DNA from: Marsupella aquatica | Lineage: Eukaryota; Plantae; Marchantiophyta | NCBI GenBank assembly: GCA_973895155.1 | Contig: OZ316891.1 | Span: 15,903,037-15,967,036 of the forward strand | Direction: 5' to 3' | Length of the DNA: 64,000 nt | Shown: piece after piece, positions 52,301 through 64,000 of the stretch | Position numbering within the stretch: position 1 is the stretch's first letter | Layout of the letters: each line of letters opens with the position of its first letter | Translations under genes and position numbers: made by a program | Notes under the pieces: generated by a model | Databases searched by the model: none | What the model saw: the letters and a program-made list of their open reading frames with translations, nothing else | What the model was told of the DNA's origin: nothing

Positions 52301-53587
52301 GCGAGTATGATCAGATCTCGCAGGTCATCGCCGCGAGCCAGGAGTCTCAAAAGTTTCAGTGTGTGAAAACCCTGAAGTGGTTATGGGAGTTCCAATGTAC
52401 ATGGCCCGAAGTGATTGCCAGGTAAATTCTCTCACTCTTCGTGCTGTCCTTTGTTAGCGCCGAGCGCTAGCTAAAAATGTTTTCATATACCTTTCGGTTA
52501 AGGGGATATTCTTTGTTAGCGCCTGGCGCTATCCAAAATTCATTGTTATGCCGTGATTTAAATGATTTTCTGGTTGGATCGTCGACATCTTAACAATGGA
52601 CTTTGTTGGGATTTCATAGGTTTTCACATTGAGATTGGATCTGTTCAATCGTGTTTCGTCAAAGGTTAAAGTTCCAAAGGACCCCAAGTTTTGACCCCTC
52701 TCTGCAACTGAAGATCCTTCTATCACTAACCTTATTGGTCTCCCGAGTGTGAGGAAGGATCCAACTCCTTCAGCAGCGTTTGCTGGCAATGGACGCTTGT
52801 CCGTTGGGTTCATGCAATCTGTGTTAGAGTTAATCACTCGGCCGGGTGACATTGTCATGGACTGGACTGTGGGTTCGGGAAGTACATTTGTTGCTGGTGA
52901 CTATTGTGGTTGTTTTATTCTTGGTATAGAAAACCGAAAAGAGTTGTTGAGATTGCGGAAAAGACATGGATGGATTTATTGATTCCAAAGGATGTCAGTT
53001 CCTCATCTCCCGCTAAAGATGTGGGAAGAAAACAAAAAGATAAAGTTCGCTCTGTCTTAAATTTTGACTCTGAAGATGAAGAGGATGGAGATGCTGTTGG
53101 AGATGATGCTTCAGGAGGACAAGGAGAGGAAAATGAAGGAGACGAGAAGGAGAGGCATACGACGGAAGAAACATAAGATTCAGATTCTTCTGAGTAATGC
53201 CCGTAAGCTACTTCACTTTATGTTATCGATTCTGTTATTGTCCCATTTTCATTTTCAACTCTAATATGGTTCCGTTCCTTTTCCAGATCGGAGTGGAATC
53301 TTCAAGAATGTTTTAATCTTTGGAGGAAATACTCGAGAAAAGTTCTCGTTTCTCCTCAAAAGCCTTTCGTGTTGCCCTCGTATGCAGAATATGCTGCACG
53401 CAAAGAAGAACAGAGGAGAACACTTACTTGGGAGAGTAAGGGCTTAAGGTTAAGAAGAGGTTCAGATAGGAAATTCATCCACCAGCCTTTACTTAACGAT
53501 GGACCTAGAAGCGAATTTATAGATGATGAAGCTGAGTCTACTGATAGGTCTGGCAGTAGCGAGTCCGAGTCTTCTGACTTCGAATAG
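49387..53587 (+). pseudogene. ParB/Srx-like domain fused to a beta-class N4C/N6A DNA methyltransferase fold, about 5 exons
   Basis: Exons 49387-49952, 50061-51391, 51716-52421, 52620 to about 53202, 53287-53587 (GT-AG). VFDGNHRL at 49804. VDAGFVYLPTG at the motif IV position. LITRPGDIVMDWTVGSGSTFVAG...ILGIE as motifs X/I/II. Stops at 49561, 51280 and 52692 plus at least two frameshifts. Confidence 0.82.
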
Positions 53588-54048
53588 GTTGAGTGGGAAT
53601 TTCTAAGGTTTTCTTTGGAACCTTGTACTAGCGCCCGACGCTATTAAACAGGGTGTTCGGATCTGAGACTTTAAAGGAGATAGACGCACCGGGAGTCTCT
53701 TTCCTGAGTGCATATTTGTGCAGATATCAGAACTGCATGTACTCGTACAGTTGTATGGTGAATAATTATACCTTCAGTCTGTACATATTTTTGTTTGTGG
53801 TTGATATGATCGTTTGGACTCTCTCAAAGTGTAGTGTTTGTTCAACTTCGGGATTGTTCAACTTCGTGATTGTTCAACCCTAAACTCATTTCTCCCTTTC
53901 ATTTCTGTTAGGCGCTGACTCTCCTCTTCACTTCATTTCGTTTGTGCACTGCCCAGACTCACCTCTTCCCTTCGTTTCATTTCTGGTCTGCCCGGACTCA
54001 CCTCTTCTCTTCTCCCTGAGTTTTGCATCCGTTGTTTCCATCGACTCA

Positions 54049-54519
54049 ATGGATAAGGGAAAGCAAATAGCGAAATCGGAGAGCTGCAATCCGCCAAAGG
54101 CGATGGTTTGGAGGTCAATTAGAGATCCAGGTTTAGATTTGACTCCATCTTTTACGCAGTGCCCAGAGACGTCGACCAAGAGGAACAGGTTGTGGCTGGC
54201 CCTGGATGAGGGTATTAGCCACAGAACTGGACACCTTCCATCGCGTGATCCTTCGCCTCCACTTCCTTTCCGAGAGAGGTTCTCTGTTCACGACCCGGAT
54301 CCTTCCAATGTGTATCGGGTGGAAAGGACAGCTTTTTTCAGAGACATCCAAGCAGACACCGGACATGTGAACTTTTCAGATTCGAACATCCCGAACGACC
54401 GGAGTCGGAGTCGCTATCCCGGACCTCATTTTTTTCTGGATCGAGAGGATGGGTTTCGACAGGATGAGGATAGGTTCAAAGCTGGATTGGACGACGACTG
54501 CATGTCTTCTACTTCCTAG
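54049..54519 (+). CDS. Small orphan gene of the MULE-like family (copy 2), open frame
   Basis: MDKGKQIAK...; homologous to 8487-8923 (-). Confidence 0.55.
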   Translation: MDKGKQIAKSESCNPPKAMVWRSIRDPGLDLTPSFTQCPETSTKRNRLWLALDEGISHRTGHLPSRDPSPPLPFRERFSVHDPDPSNVYRVERTAFFRDIQADTGHVNFSDSNIPNDRSRSRYPGPHFFLDREDGFRQDEDRFKAGLDDDCMSSTS

Positions 54520-55355
54520 AGAGTGTGGATTTCTTCTTCGACACTAGCGCCAGGCGCTAGCTTTCATCTCATCTTTGGAGTCGTTCATGAGTTTGATTCA
54601 TGTCATCTTTTTGAATGGGGGCTCCGGTTCGGCCGAGTTAGCTTTATTCCTTCCGTTTTATTATCGCATTAGGTTTTTTGAGAATGTTATTAGGGTTATT
54701 TCTTTTTCTCGAAGGTTATGGACTTTTATTACCTTCTGGATATCAATGTAATTTCTTTTTCAAGTAGCGCCTATTGCTAGCGCTTGGTGCTACTATTATA
54801 TGTTCCATTCTCCTCCACAATTATGTAAACCCGCCTCTATAAAATTGTGTCTTTCATCTTTTTTTTTTCTAGTGTCCTCCAAATATGCTGCGAATACTAT
54901 TAGTGGCTCTTTTATTGTTGAAATTGGTTGTTTCCTGTTACTGGAATCGGGTTCCTGTCAAATGGAAAGCCCTCTGACAAAATGATCTTTAAGCTTCATC
55001 CGATGTATTCGGTCTTACCGAGCCAGCCAGTTTTGAATGTCGAAGAACTCCAGTTCATCGTAGGAAGGGAGAATCTGCATGGTTCATTCAATGATACGTT
55101 GAATGGACATTTTGTTAATGTTGTTTTGAACGGCAACAAACTCTTGGTTAGCGCTCGGCGCTAGTAAAACTTGTCTTTCCATAATTACTGTAGAGAACGC
55201 TAAACATATTGGAGTTCCTATTGAAATTGGCCTCCTTTTTTGTCCAAAATTATGTCATCTTTTGTGTATGCTAGTACCAATCTCCTGTTTTGTTCCTCTC
55301 TTTTTCCTGTTATGATTGTTACTGTTTTCTGTTTCCTGTCATGGGGAAAAACCTC

Positions 55356-57816
55356 CGACAATTATATATTCAGCTCCAGTTTGTTTTAGGAAAAGACAAG
55401 GAGCTATGTCATCGTTAACAAAGTTCAGTGCTAACATTTCTGCTTTAAATCGTTTATACCATGTGCGGCCGCTCTGCTTAAGGCCATACATAGAGCGTAA
55501 TACTTGTACTGCATAGCCTTTCTTACTGTCTGTGTAGCAGATAGTCTGTTGTAATTCTTTTTAGATCTCCAGTTTGCTGGTAATGTATGTTGCACAGTTT
55601 CTTTATGAAGAACTGAAGGTTCTTTTGTATTCATTCGATGGTATTCTATAGAAGTCTTTGTTATTGTTGTCCTAAGGTGTAGACCAGGGGATGTGCGAAT
55701 AGCTTGCTCCCCCTGAGTATGAAATTTCATTCTCATGATCAACTCAGGTGGGGCTTTCATATAAATGGTGGTGTCTAGTATTCCATAAAGGTAAGCAGTA
55801 ACCACATCTAAGATGTGAAGCATCAATTTATGAGCAAGCGCAAATGCTATCATGTATCGATAAGTAATGGAGTCCATTACAGGGGAGTAGGTAAGATCGA
55901 AGTCTTGGCCTGGTATTTGGGTGTAGCCCTTTGCCACCAGACGGACTTTATATCTAATTACCTCTCCCTGCGCATTTCTTTTTTTTGTGAATATAAACTT
56001 ATATCCAGTAAGTGGTGTATGTAGTGGCGCAGGTATGACAGGGCCGAATACCTCTCTCTGGATTAAAGATTCCAGTTCAGAATTGATGCTATTTCCCATT
56101 TAGGCCAATCGTCTCTTGATTGTGCTTCTTGTACAGTAATAGGATCCAGTATTTCTTCAGTAATATCTTTTGATATTGTATATGAAAATATGTCATCTAT
56201 CGTAGTGATGTTTCTTTGCCATATTTTGCCAGTGTGCATATAATTTATAGAGATTTCCTGATTGTCATCTTGTTGTATAATTTATAGAGATTTCCACTGT
56301 CTACTATGCAATTGGAGGGGTTGGAAGAATGTTTTGACTGTATATCTAGGTGAGCAAGCTGTGTTTAAGGCGTGTCCATATTGATTCTATATGTTTCTAT
56401 GCTTTCTGGGATTTCCATGAAATTTCCTTGTGGGTCCTGATCTTGTCTGTTTATGCTTTCTTTATAAAGTTTTACTAAATGTGCTGGGGCTCTGCACACT
56501 TTCTGTAAATGCCCTTTTGTGCCGCAGCGAAAACAAGGGGGTGGAGAGAACTTATCTCTGGTGTATGTTTGGTAGCCTCTGCCTTGGTTCCATCCTTGGC
56601 CTCCCTGTCTATTCCAATTGTTGCCTTGGTACTTGTGTTGGAAGTCGACTTGACCTCTTCCTCTTCCACTTGATCCTTGGTATCGGCCTTGTCCTAGTGG
56701 GCGTCCCCTGCTCCCCCTGAAGTTTCCGCAACCACGTCCTCTTGTTCTATGGGTAGATTCCACTAGGTGAGTCTATGGTCTAGGCGGGGGAACTGCGCTC
56801 CCTGGTGGTCGTGTTTTCGCATTATGTAGCAGTAGGATTTGGTGTTTTTTGCAAGCAGCATATGGGAGATCAGTTGTGAGTATCTGGTGAAATTCATATT
56901 GCGATATTGGGAGGCAAGAACCATGTTAGTTACGTGAAATGTAGATAAAGTCTTCTCAATTTGTTCTTGGTCGTCGACAAGGTTACCACAAAACAGCTAA
57001 TTGCAAGGTAATGCAAAAAAAATTGCTATTGTAACTTGCAATTGTGGTGTGGTCTTGTACGCAAAGATTTATCCAGTCGTGGCAAGCCATGGGGAGAGAG
57101 ATCGCGTGCATATGATCAAATCTCAATTGTAGTTTGTCCCATAGAACTCTAGGATTATAATGATTTACATACTATATCTTAAGAGGTTCGGCAAGATGAT
57201 GCCTGATAAGTATTAAGGCCTGAGCCTTCTGTTGTAATGTTGTCCCTCCATCGGCCAAGATTGTGTCCTGTAGATTTTTGGAGGCAAGATGTGCTTCCAC
57301 ATCTAAGGACCAAGATAATTAATTTGCTCCATCTATTGCTAGTGCTTGGAAGTGCAATTTCTCCATAGAATTCATGGCTATATCCATGTGTCTACTGGGC
57401 CGTTATATATGATTTGATAACTTTTGGTATCAAGAAGAAAATGTAATGAAATCAATTGCCTTCTGTTATTTGCATCAAGCTTGTTGTTTAATCGATATGG
57501 TCGTGACTGAAATCTCCTTCTGAATTATCCTGTCTTTGCCTCATACATTCTCTCGATTGGCCCCAAGTATATATTCTTTGCAAAAGTGATATTGCTCTCC
57601 AAATTCTTCCTAAAAAAAATATGTCTCCAACCAGCTTGTGCTGATAACGTGTTCTACTCGATATCATCACCAACAATCCAATGTCATTTCTATTAGGAAT
57701 GAGCATATATATGAGTTACATATGAGGGCAGTTGGATAACTGTCCTGACTTCTAAGGGTTACTTAGTTAGAGTATAAAGTAAAGTCCACTTGGAGTGTAA
57801 TCTAGGTGTTGTAACA
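55356..57816 (-). mobile_element. Ty1/copia element (Bianca-like), internally deleted and truncated
   Basis: LTR 57650-57816 (TG...CA). PBS CGTTATCAGCAC (57638-57649). gag LAIDGAN*LSWSLDVEAHL with zinc knuckle CFRCGTKGHLQKVC. Integrase absent. RT (RYKVRLVAKGYTQ, LDVVTAYLYG) ends just before YVDD. Confidence 0.88.
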
Positions 57817-58352
57817 ATTACCAATTTGAGATACCATATCCGGAGTTATTAATTTTGTCCGAATTTCCTCCCAAATCCGGATTTCACCGCAACTCCACTC
57901 TATAACTTCTTGTTGGAGTGCTTGTTTGAATCTCTGTTTCCCTTTGCTAAAATGCTCTTCATTTTTGCAATTAATTCCTTTCGCTCCTTCAAAGGAAAGT
58001 GATCTTCTTCAAAATCCATAGTCTCCAATGCATGCACGTACTCTAATTGGAAGGCTCTAGAAGCATTAAAGATTGTATATGGTTTGCTTGTCATGTTTAA
58101 TGAATGTTTTCGTGCTCAGGTTCTTCTGTAGTACCAACATATCCATTCAAATACGCTCCTTCCATTGTGCTGATTTCACCGCTTCCGTCCACTACAGGCT
58201 TGAATTGATTTGAGGCTGCTCACTCTTAGGGACTTCCTCTCAGGAGGGTCTCTCTTGAAATGGTCTCCTTTAATTACTTCAATCTTTGCACAACTCAAAT
58301 CTATCAAATTAAGTACCTTCACTTCTCAGGTCACTCCCCGGCAACGGCGCCA
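57817..58352 (-). mobile_element. Athila-type PBS and gag start following an LTR end
   Basis: TGGCGCCGTTGCCGGGGA (tRNA-Asp-type PBS) at 58335-58352 on the minus strand, after ...CACA at 58360. ORF 57900-58094 downstream. Confidence 0.65.
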
Positions 58353-58359
58353 AAAAGCG

Positions 58360-61300
58360 TGTGGTAGAGTGGGTAGATTGTTAAATAACACTTTAACATC
58401 TAAAGACCTGAATTTGTTCCCTTGAAGAGTTAATGAAAAGTGAATTGGTACTGAAAAGAACAAATAGGATGTTAATTGGGCATAACCTTGCCAAGGAGTT
58501 CTCTCTCCGGAGGATTGATGGTAATCAATGCACAAAACTAACAATTAAAGAAAGATATGAAAAACGACTAGTAGGAATGTCTTTTCAATTGGCTCATGAG
58601 AAGAGATGATGGAAAATGACGATCCCCCTGGCTGTTTAAGATTCAAAATGCAATAGAGCTCACAACATGGCCGAATTTAGAATAGACATCCTACATTAAC
58701 TAAAAATTGACATGGAGATCTAGTTATCAAACCAATAATTCTTTCTGATCAACAAGCAACGACGGTACTATAATGCTTGAATTGACATCTTCTCACACAA
58801 AAATTTCTAGATTGTCAAATTGATAACTTCTCAATCAAATTTAGATGATTACTCATGGTAAGGAAGTATTCCATTTCGACTATTGAAACAGTAGGAGTTC
58901 AATGCTACCAAGAATTCACATGAGTAATTCAAATCAAAATTCAATTTCCAAGTATGATGTCAAATTTTCTAAGTATTAACTTCTCAACAGGAGAAGGAGT
59001 CTGCAGTTTTACTTACAACAAGTCAAGGCTCAACAGGAGCACTTGAGGAGGAGCTTCTATGCTTCCAACAGAAACTGAGAACTTAAAAGAAAAGTAAACT
59101 GTCATCTACTTAAAATTCTAGAGGAAAAGGGGGGAAAGATCCCAAAAGGTAAAGTACCATTTCCGGTTTTCATGGAAAGAAAAGTAACTGTAATTCAAAA
59201 TCCGGAAGTGACAACAAAGGAAGATCCGGAAATGAGTATAAGGCAACCTCTGGAAAGGGATTTCCGGGTTTACTACAAAATCTGGATTTTGATCCTAACT
59301 GGATCCGGAAGTCCTAACTCTAACTTCTAATGAACTACAAAACTACTAAACTACTGGAGAATCATCTTCTATCTCTACTCTAACTCGCTCACGTGCAATA
59401 TCAACTAGACTAGCTAGCAGGCTTCTGAGAAGTAGGTGTCCTTAAACTTGTAGTAGTCTCCAGATCCTTTGGGTCCAAGGGAGGACTGCATCGGGGACTG
59501 ATAGTCAAAGGTGACACTGACGGAAAGTGGAACTCAACCTTCTCAAACCCAGGTGGAGTGCCTTCTGCTTCAACTGCATCTAGAATCACAGAGGACATAC
59601 CAGATTCCGGAATCCGGATTCTAGCAAGGGTCAACACGGACTTCGCATCCAAAATCACTTTCTCCATTTCTCCATTTCTCCAAAATCACTTTCTCCACTT
59701 TCTCCATTTCTCCATTTGATCTGTCCTTGTCTGCTTGGTCTTCCAAGTCCCAGATTCTCTTCTTGGCCTGACTTTTAATCACCATATCCAAAATGGAAAT
59801 GATGACAACCGGACTGTAGTTGAGCATCTCAACAACTTTCCCTACAAGATCATTGAGCTGCTTAGCCTTTCTGGTTGCACTCTCCAGGAATGTCCAGACA
59901 TGTTCCAACTCTGTTGATGCTATCCACTTGGAACTGGGGGTCACACCCGGAAGACTCCCTCTACTTTCCGGTCTTTGGACAGGTTTCAGATCTTCAACTG
60001 GATCCGGTTTCGGACTTCGTACTACTCCTCTTCTAATCTTAGGATTCCGGATCTCAACTGGGGCTTCTTCCTTTGAGTCAATCAGCTCGGAGTGTGGCTG
60101 ATTCGGATCTCCAAGCTGTGCCAACATTGCTCAATTCTCGTACTCCTCCGCCTCTTCATCTGTAAGTATCCGGTCCATCAAGTACAGATTGGCCAGATAG
60201 CAAGAAAGGGAGGTGGGGGTCTTCAAATGAAGATTTTGGACCTCCTTGGCTATAACTTCCTCCAAAACTTTGGCCCAGGAAATCTTCTTCTCTCCTATGT
60301 AAGAAGCAGCAATTGTGTTCCCCATCCGGATTGTAACTCGTCGAGGCTTGGCAGGGGAGAGAATTGGTAGTAGAAAGGATAAAACATTAAAAAACTCCTC
60401 ATTACAGCACTAGAACACCTTTCCATCCATCTTTCGGATCGACTTCCCCGTCAAAGTAATTATCAGCAAAATTGTTCTTCGAGGTCAGGAAGCCTTTTCC
60501 TTTCAAAGGCACATCCAAAAGCAATGAAATAACTGCCGCGGTCCACTTTTTGGGTTTGGCTCTAATCGAATCCGGAAATTTGAAATTAGAGTAGAACGGT
60601 TCCGGACCTCTTTGATGAATATGGCACTCTGGTAACCCGAGGGAAACTCCATCAACTTTGCACAGCCCATGGCCTCAAGGTTCTTCTATAATCGATCCCT
60701 TCTCTCTTGATCTGAAGGTATCTCCGGTTGCAATGGCTTCTCGTTGACAATTACTGTTCGCTCCTTGGTAGACCTCTTCAGTAATGTCCGGACTCTGGCT
60801 TTTCCCGGGGAGAAATCTGGATCCTTTCTCTTCACCATGATGAGCGATGGAGAGAGAGAAAACAAATTCCAAACCCTAGTGAAATTCCAGAATTCCTATC
60901 ACGAGTCTCAAATCCGAAACTCCAAAGTTTTGTCTTCTCTTCCCCACTCAAGCGAACGATCACCACTTCCGCCTAATGCCTCAAATTGGCAACCTTGTCC
61001 GGCTCTATTCTCTCCAATACTTTAGACTAAAGATTTCCTTAGCATCTTGGGGTGTGGACTGTAGCCCAAACAATTGCCTTAAGAACTTGGAAACCAAGTC
61101 TCAGTCTCCGGTTGGATGTTGAACTTATGGTTTTATCTTCCTTCTCATACGCCTTCTCTCATGGTGCGATTGTACCGGTATTTTAAAGTTCCAAAAAGAG
61201 TGCTATCCGGATATGTCCGGATTTTGGACTGTAAACTAGACTTTGTAGCCATTTTTGGGTACTCAGTAATGAAACAAAAATTTCAAAAAATTTCATTTTT

Positions 61301-64000
61301 TAATTTCTTTGGACATAGCCATGATATCACACTGAAACGACGATGTACACATGGAATTCCTTATTCCAATCTGGGGTTACGTACCATGATAGGTGTCGTG
61401 ATGAGTTGGCGCCGGAGTTCTTCAAAGGCTATGTGCCGCCGGGGCGTTTCTTCAATCACCGCATCCTTCTGCATCATCTCCGTTAGGGGTAACGCAATTT
61501 TAGCAAAATCTTTGATGAATCAACGATAGTACCCTACTCAGCCTAAGAATGACCGTATAGCTTTTTGATCCACAGGGAATACTACCACCATCGAAGCCGC
61601 AACCTTCTCCTGGTCTACCTTGATACCCCGTTTAGACACACGATGCTCGAGTAACACCCCCTCCTCTACTCCAAAAAAGCATTGAGCCGGATGAAGCTTT
61701 AAATTTACTTCTCTGCATTGTTGTAGCGTACATCATAAATGTTTGGGGTGCATGGCGATCGTTCCAAAGATGGCAAAGTCATCAATAAATATTTCCAGGA
61801 ATTCTCGTAGGAAGTCATGGAACATATTCATCATGAGTCTCTGGAACATGGCCGGGGCGCTACACAATCCAAACGGCATTCTGCAAAATGCAAGCGTCCC
61901 CCACTCCATGGTGAACGTTGTTTTAAGTTGATCCAAGAGTTGGATCCAGATTTGATTGTAACCCGAATACCCGTCGAGGAATGTAAAGATTTCATTACGG
62001 GCTACCATATCCAAAACCATATCCATGAATGGTAACGGATAGTGATCCTTTCAGGTGGCGTCATTTAGTTTACGATAGTCCTGGCATATGCAAATTTTGG
62101 GCTTCTCGTCCGTACCTCCCTTCTTTGGCACGATGACAATGGGAGACACCCAATCACTGGCCATTACCGGGTAGATGATATCCGTGGCCAGAAGACAATC
62201 AATCTCCTCCTTCACCAAAATGGAGTACCTCGGGTTCATACGGCGTTGCCGCTGCCGTACGGCGTGAGCTCCTAAGTTTAAAGCAATCATGTGTTCAATC
62301 TCCCAACTTTGGGGAGACTCCAGTCAAATCGTGATGGCTCCATGCAAACACATCTTCATACTCCTTGAGCAGTGCTTGGATGGATTTTTCCGCATCTCCC
62401 TTCAGAGCATGGCCTAAGTTGAAAGACTTATTTATCCCGATGGTGTACTTCCAATAGTGTTCCTTCCTTATGACCTCCACTTGATTACGCAAGTTAGGGT
62501 CTAGACTTGCATTTAGCTTGGCTAACCAAACCCCTCCATACATTGGTGGCATCGGGATCGGCTTCGGAATTGGGGTTGCTTCCTCTTGTAGCGGGATGGA
62601 CGGATCCTAGGAGACTCGTCTCTTATGCTTTGGCCTTGGGGTTTTGGCCTCGGGCAATGCTTTGGCAGGTGCCCGGTCAGTAGAGTCAACATAGGTAGAG
62701 GCAGCATCGGCTCCCTGCTTAGCTGGAGCCGAATCCTCCGTATCCTCCGAGCTGATGGCTTGTATGTGCTGTTCATCCGCCGGAATGCTAGAGAGGCTTG
62801 GGGTGGTCTCGTCTATACCAACCTTTGGATAATTCAGGAGATGCGTCTCCCAAGTTGCCTCTATTCCAAAAACATCTTCCTCGGAAAGGGATGAGATGAG
62901 CTCAATCATATTGAGCTCTTCTTCCTCCAAGGTCTCTGAATCATACTCCTCGGGTCCCTGTGGAGTCTCGCCCTGATAATTGTCCACCGCCCATGATACT
63001 CATATTGTGGGTGTCTCGAATTGTAGCTCCTTCTTGCCTTAGTCTGTGACTATAGCCTTCCCAAGAGGACCGGGTAAGAAGATGGTCGGACCGGCCTCAT
63101 GACCAAAAAGTTTAGATAAAACTCCACCCCTCCTACGATCCTACGAGGGTGAGGACCTTGGTGAGCGTGCCCAGGGGGAGTACTCTTGCACCATTTGCTA
63201 ATCAAATAGCTCAGGCTGTGGGTTGATACGTGAGGTACCCCAATTTTACAGATGTTTCCTCAGTCATAATATTGACTCCCGCTCTGCCATCCACGAGAAC
63301 TATCTTGATGGTACAGCCCTTGATCTTGATCAAGATGTTTGGTGCCCCTAGGTCTTCACAGATCATATTACAATCCGCAACACCAACACGCGATAGCCGT
63401 CTTCTCCGTCGGCCCGTGAGCAACTCTCTCAGTTGCTGCCGGTATTGGGGATTATTTTGGAGTAGTTGTCCTACTATCGCTGTGACTGGGCAACTCTTCA
63501 CATCTTGCCGAATGTCGTATTCCTCCTTTTCTTCCTTTGGTTGCAGCTTTGCTTCCGCTTCCCCCTTCTCCTGCTCTTCTCATTGAGCAGCCCCAACTGC
63601 TTTTAGGTCTTTATCAATTGCTTTCTGGTACTCTTGTGCCTTGTATGCTTCCAACTGTTGCTTTACCAACTCTTTGATGCAGGGATAGAATAGCTTCGGG
63701 TCATCCTGATGGTAGTTGTCATTGTCCTCGGGGGTATTTCTACCGTTGGCTGCACTGGCATGGTATCTTGCTTCCGTCGGCATTTCTCTTCCTGTTTCTC
63801 TTGCTTTTGTTTGGATCTGGTTGACACTCGGTAACATTTGGCCTCATTTGACGGATTGGGGGGTGCTCCGTTACATTGACCAGGTTGACCCACTCGGTGG
63901 TGTCATCTTGCAATTCTATGGTGATCATTTGAACGACTGCATCACTCAGAGCTGGTCCACCTGGGGCCAGCCTAGCCGCGCTTGCTTGTGCGGCTATCAT
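58360..64000 (-). mobile_element. Ty3/gypsy (Athila-like) element: gag C-terminus, protease, RT, accessory ORF, LTR; RNase H and integrase deleted
   Basis: Protease LVDGRAGVNIM. RT WVSPIVIVPKKGG, DYRKLN, FLDGYSGYNQI, RMPFGL, FIDDF. pol breaks off near 61400. Accessory ORF remnants 59410-60870. Inner LTR boundary not resolved. Confidence 0.88.

Larger units (their letters stand above)
47938..55355. mobile_element. MULE-like element copy 2 (no transposase) carrying SWIM, ParB-MTase and orphan genes
   Basis: Left end GGGTATAACCACCATGACAG and right end CTGTTTCCTGTCATGGGGAAAAACCTC both match the termini of the 44397 MITE. No TSD. Confidence 0.8.

Noticed and set aside
49387-53587. Bacterial or phage contamination explaining the ParB-MTase gene
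   Set aside because: GT-AG introns conserved between copies, nested plant retroelements, and transposon termini.

Overview
Eukaryotic, land-plant-like DNA (spliceosomal introns, TTTAGGG repeats, Athila- and Bianca-type LTR elements), mostly nested and decayed transposons around one intact 11-exon host gene (26637-35733, +). Retroelements include an APE/RT LINE with (CATTAC)n-tailed 3' fragments, two copia elements, an Athila-like gypsy, and an LTR family with non-canonical AGT...ACT ends. The main discovery is a Mutator-like (MULE) DNA transposon family present as two diverged large copies (about 4.2-19.5 kb, interrupted; and 47938-55355, TIR-bounded), one gene fragment, and two MITE derivatives with 8-bp TSDs. 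It carries an intron-containing gene fusing a ParB/Srx-like domain to a bacterial-type beta-class DNA amino-methyltransferase fold, plus a Cys-rich SWIM gene and a small orphan gene. Its non-coding DNA carries a 15-bp palindrome TAGC-N7-GCTA (15 exact copies found by eye, all inside family members). All cargo genes here are pseudogenised. Domain calls come from motif recognition by eye, not database searches.
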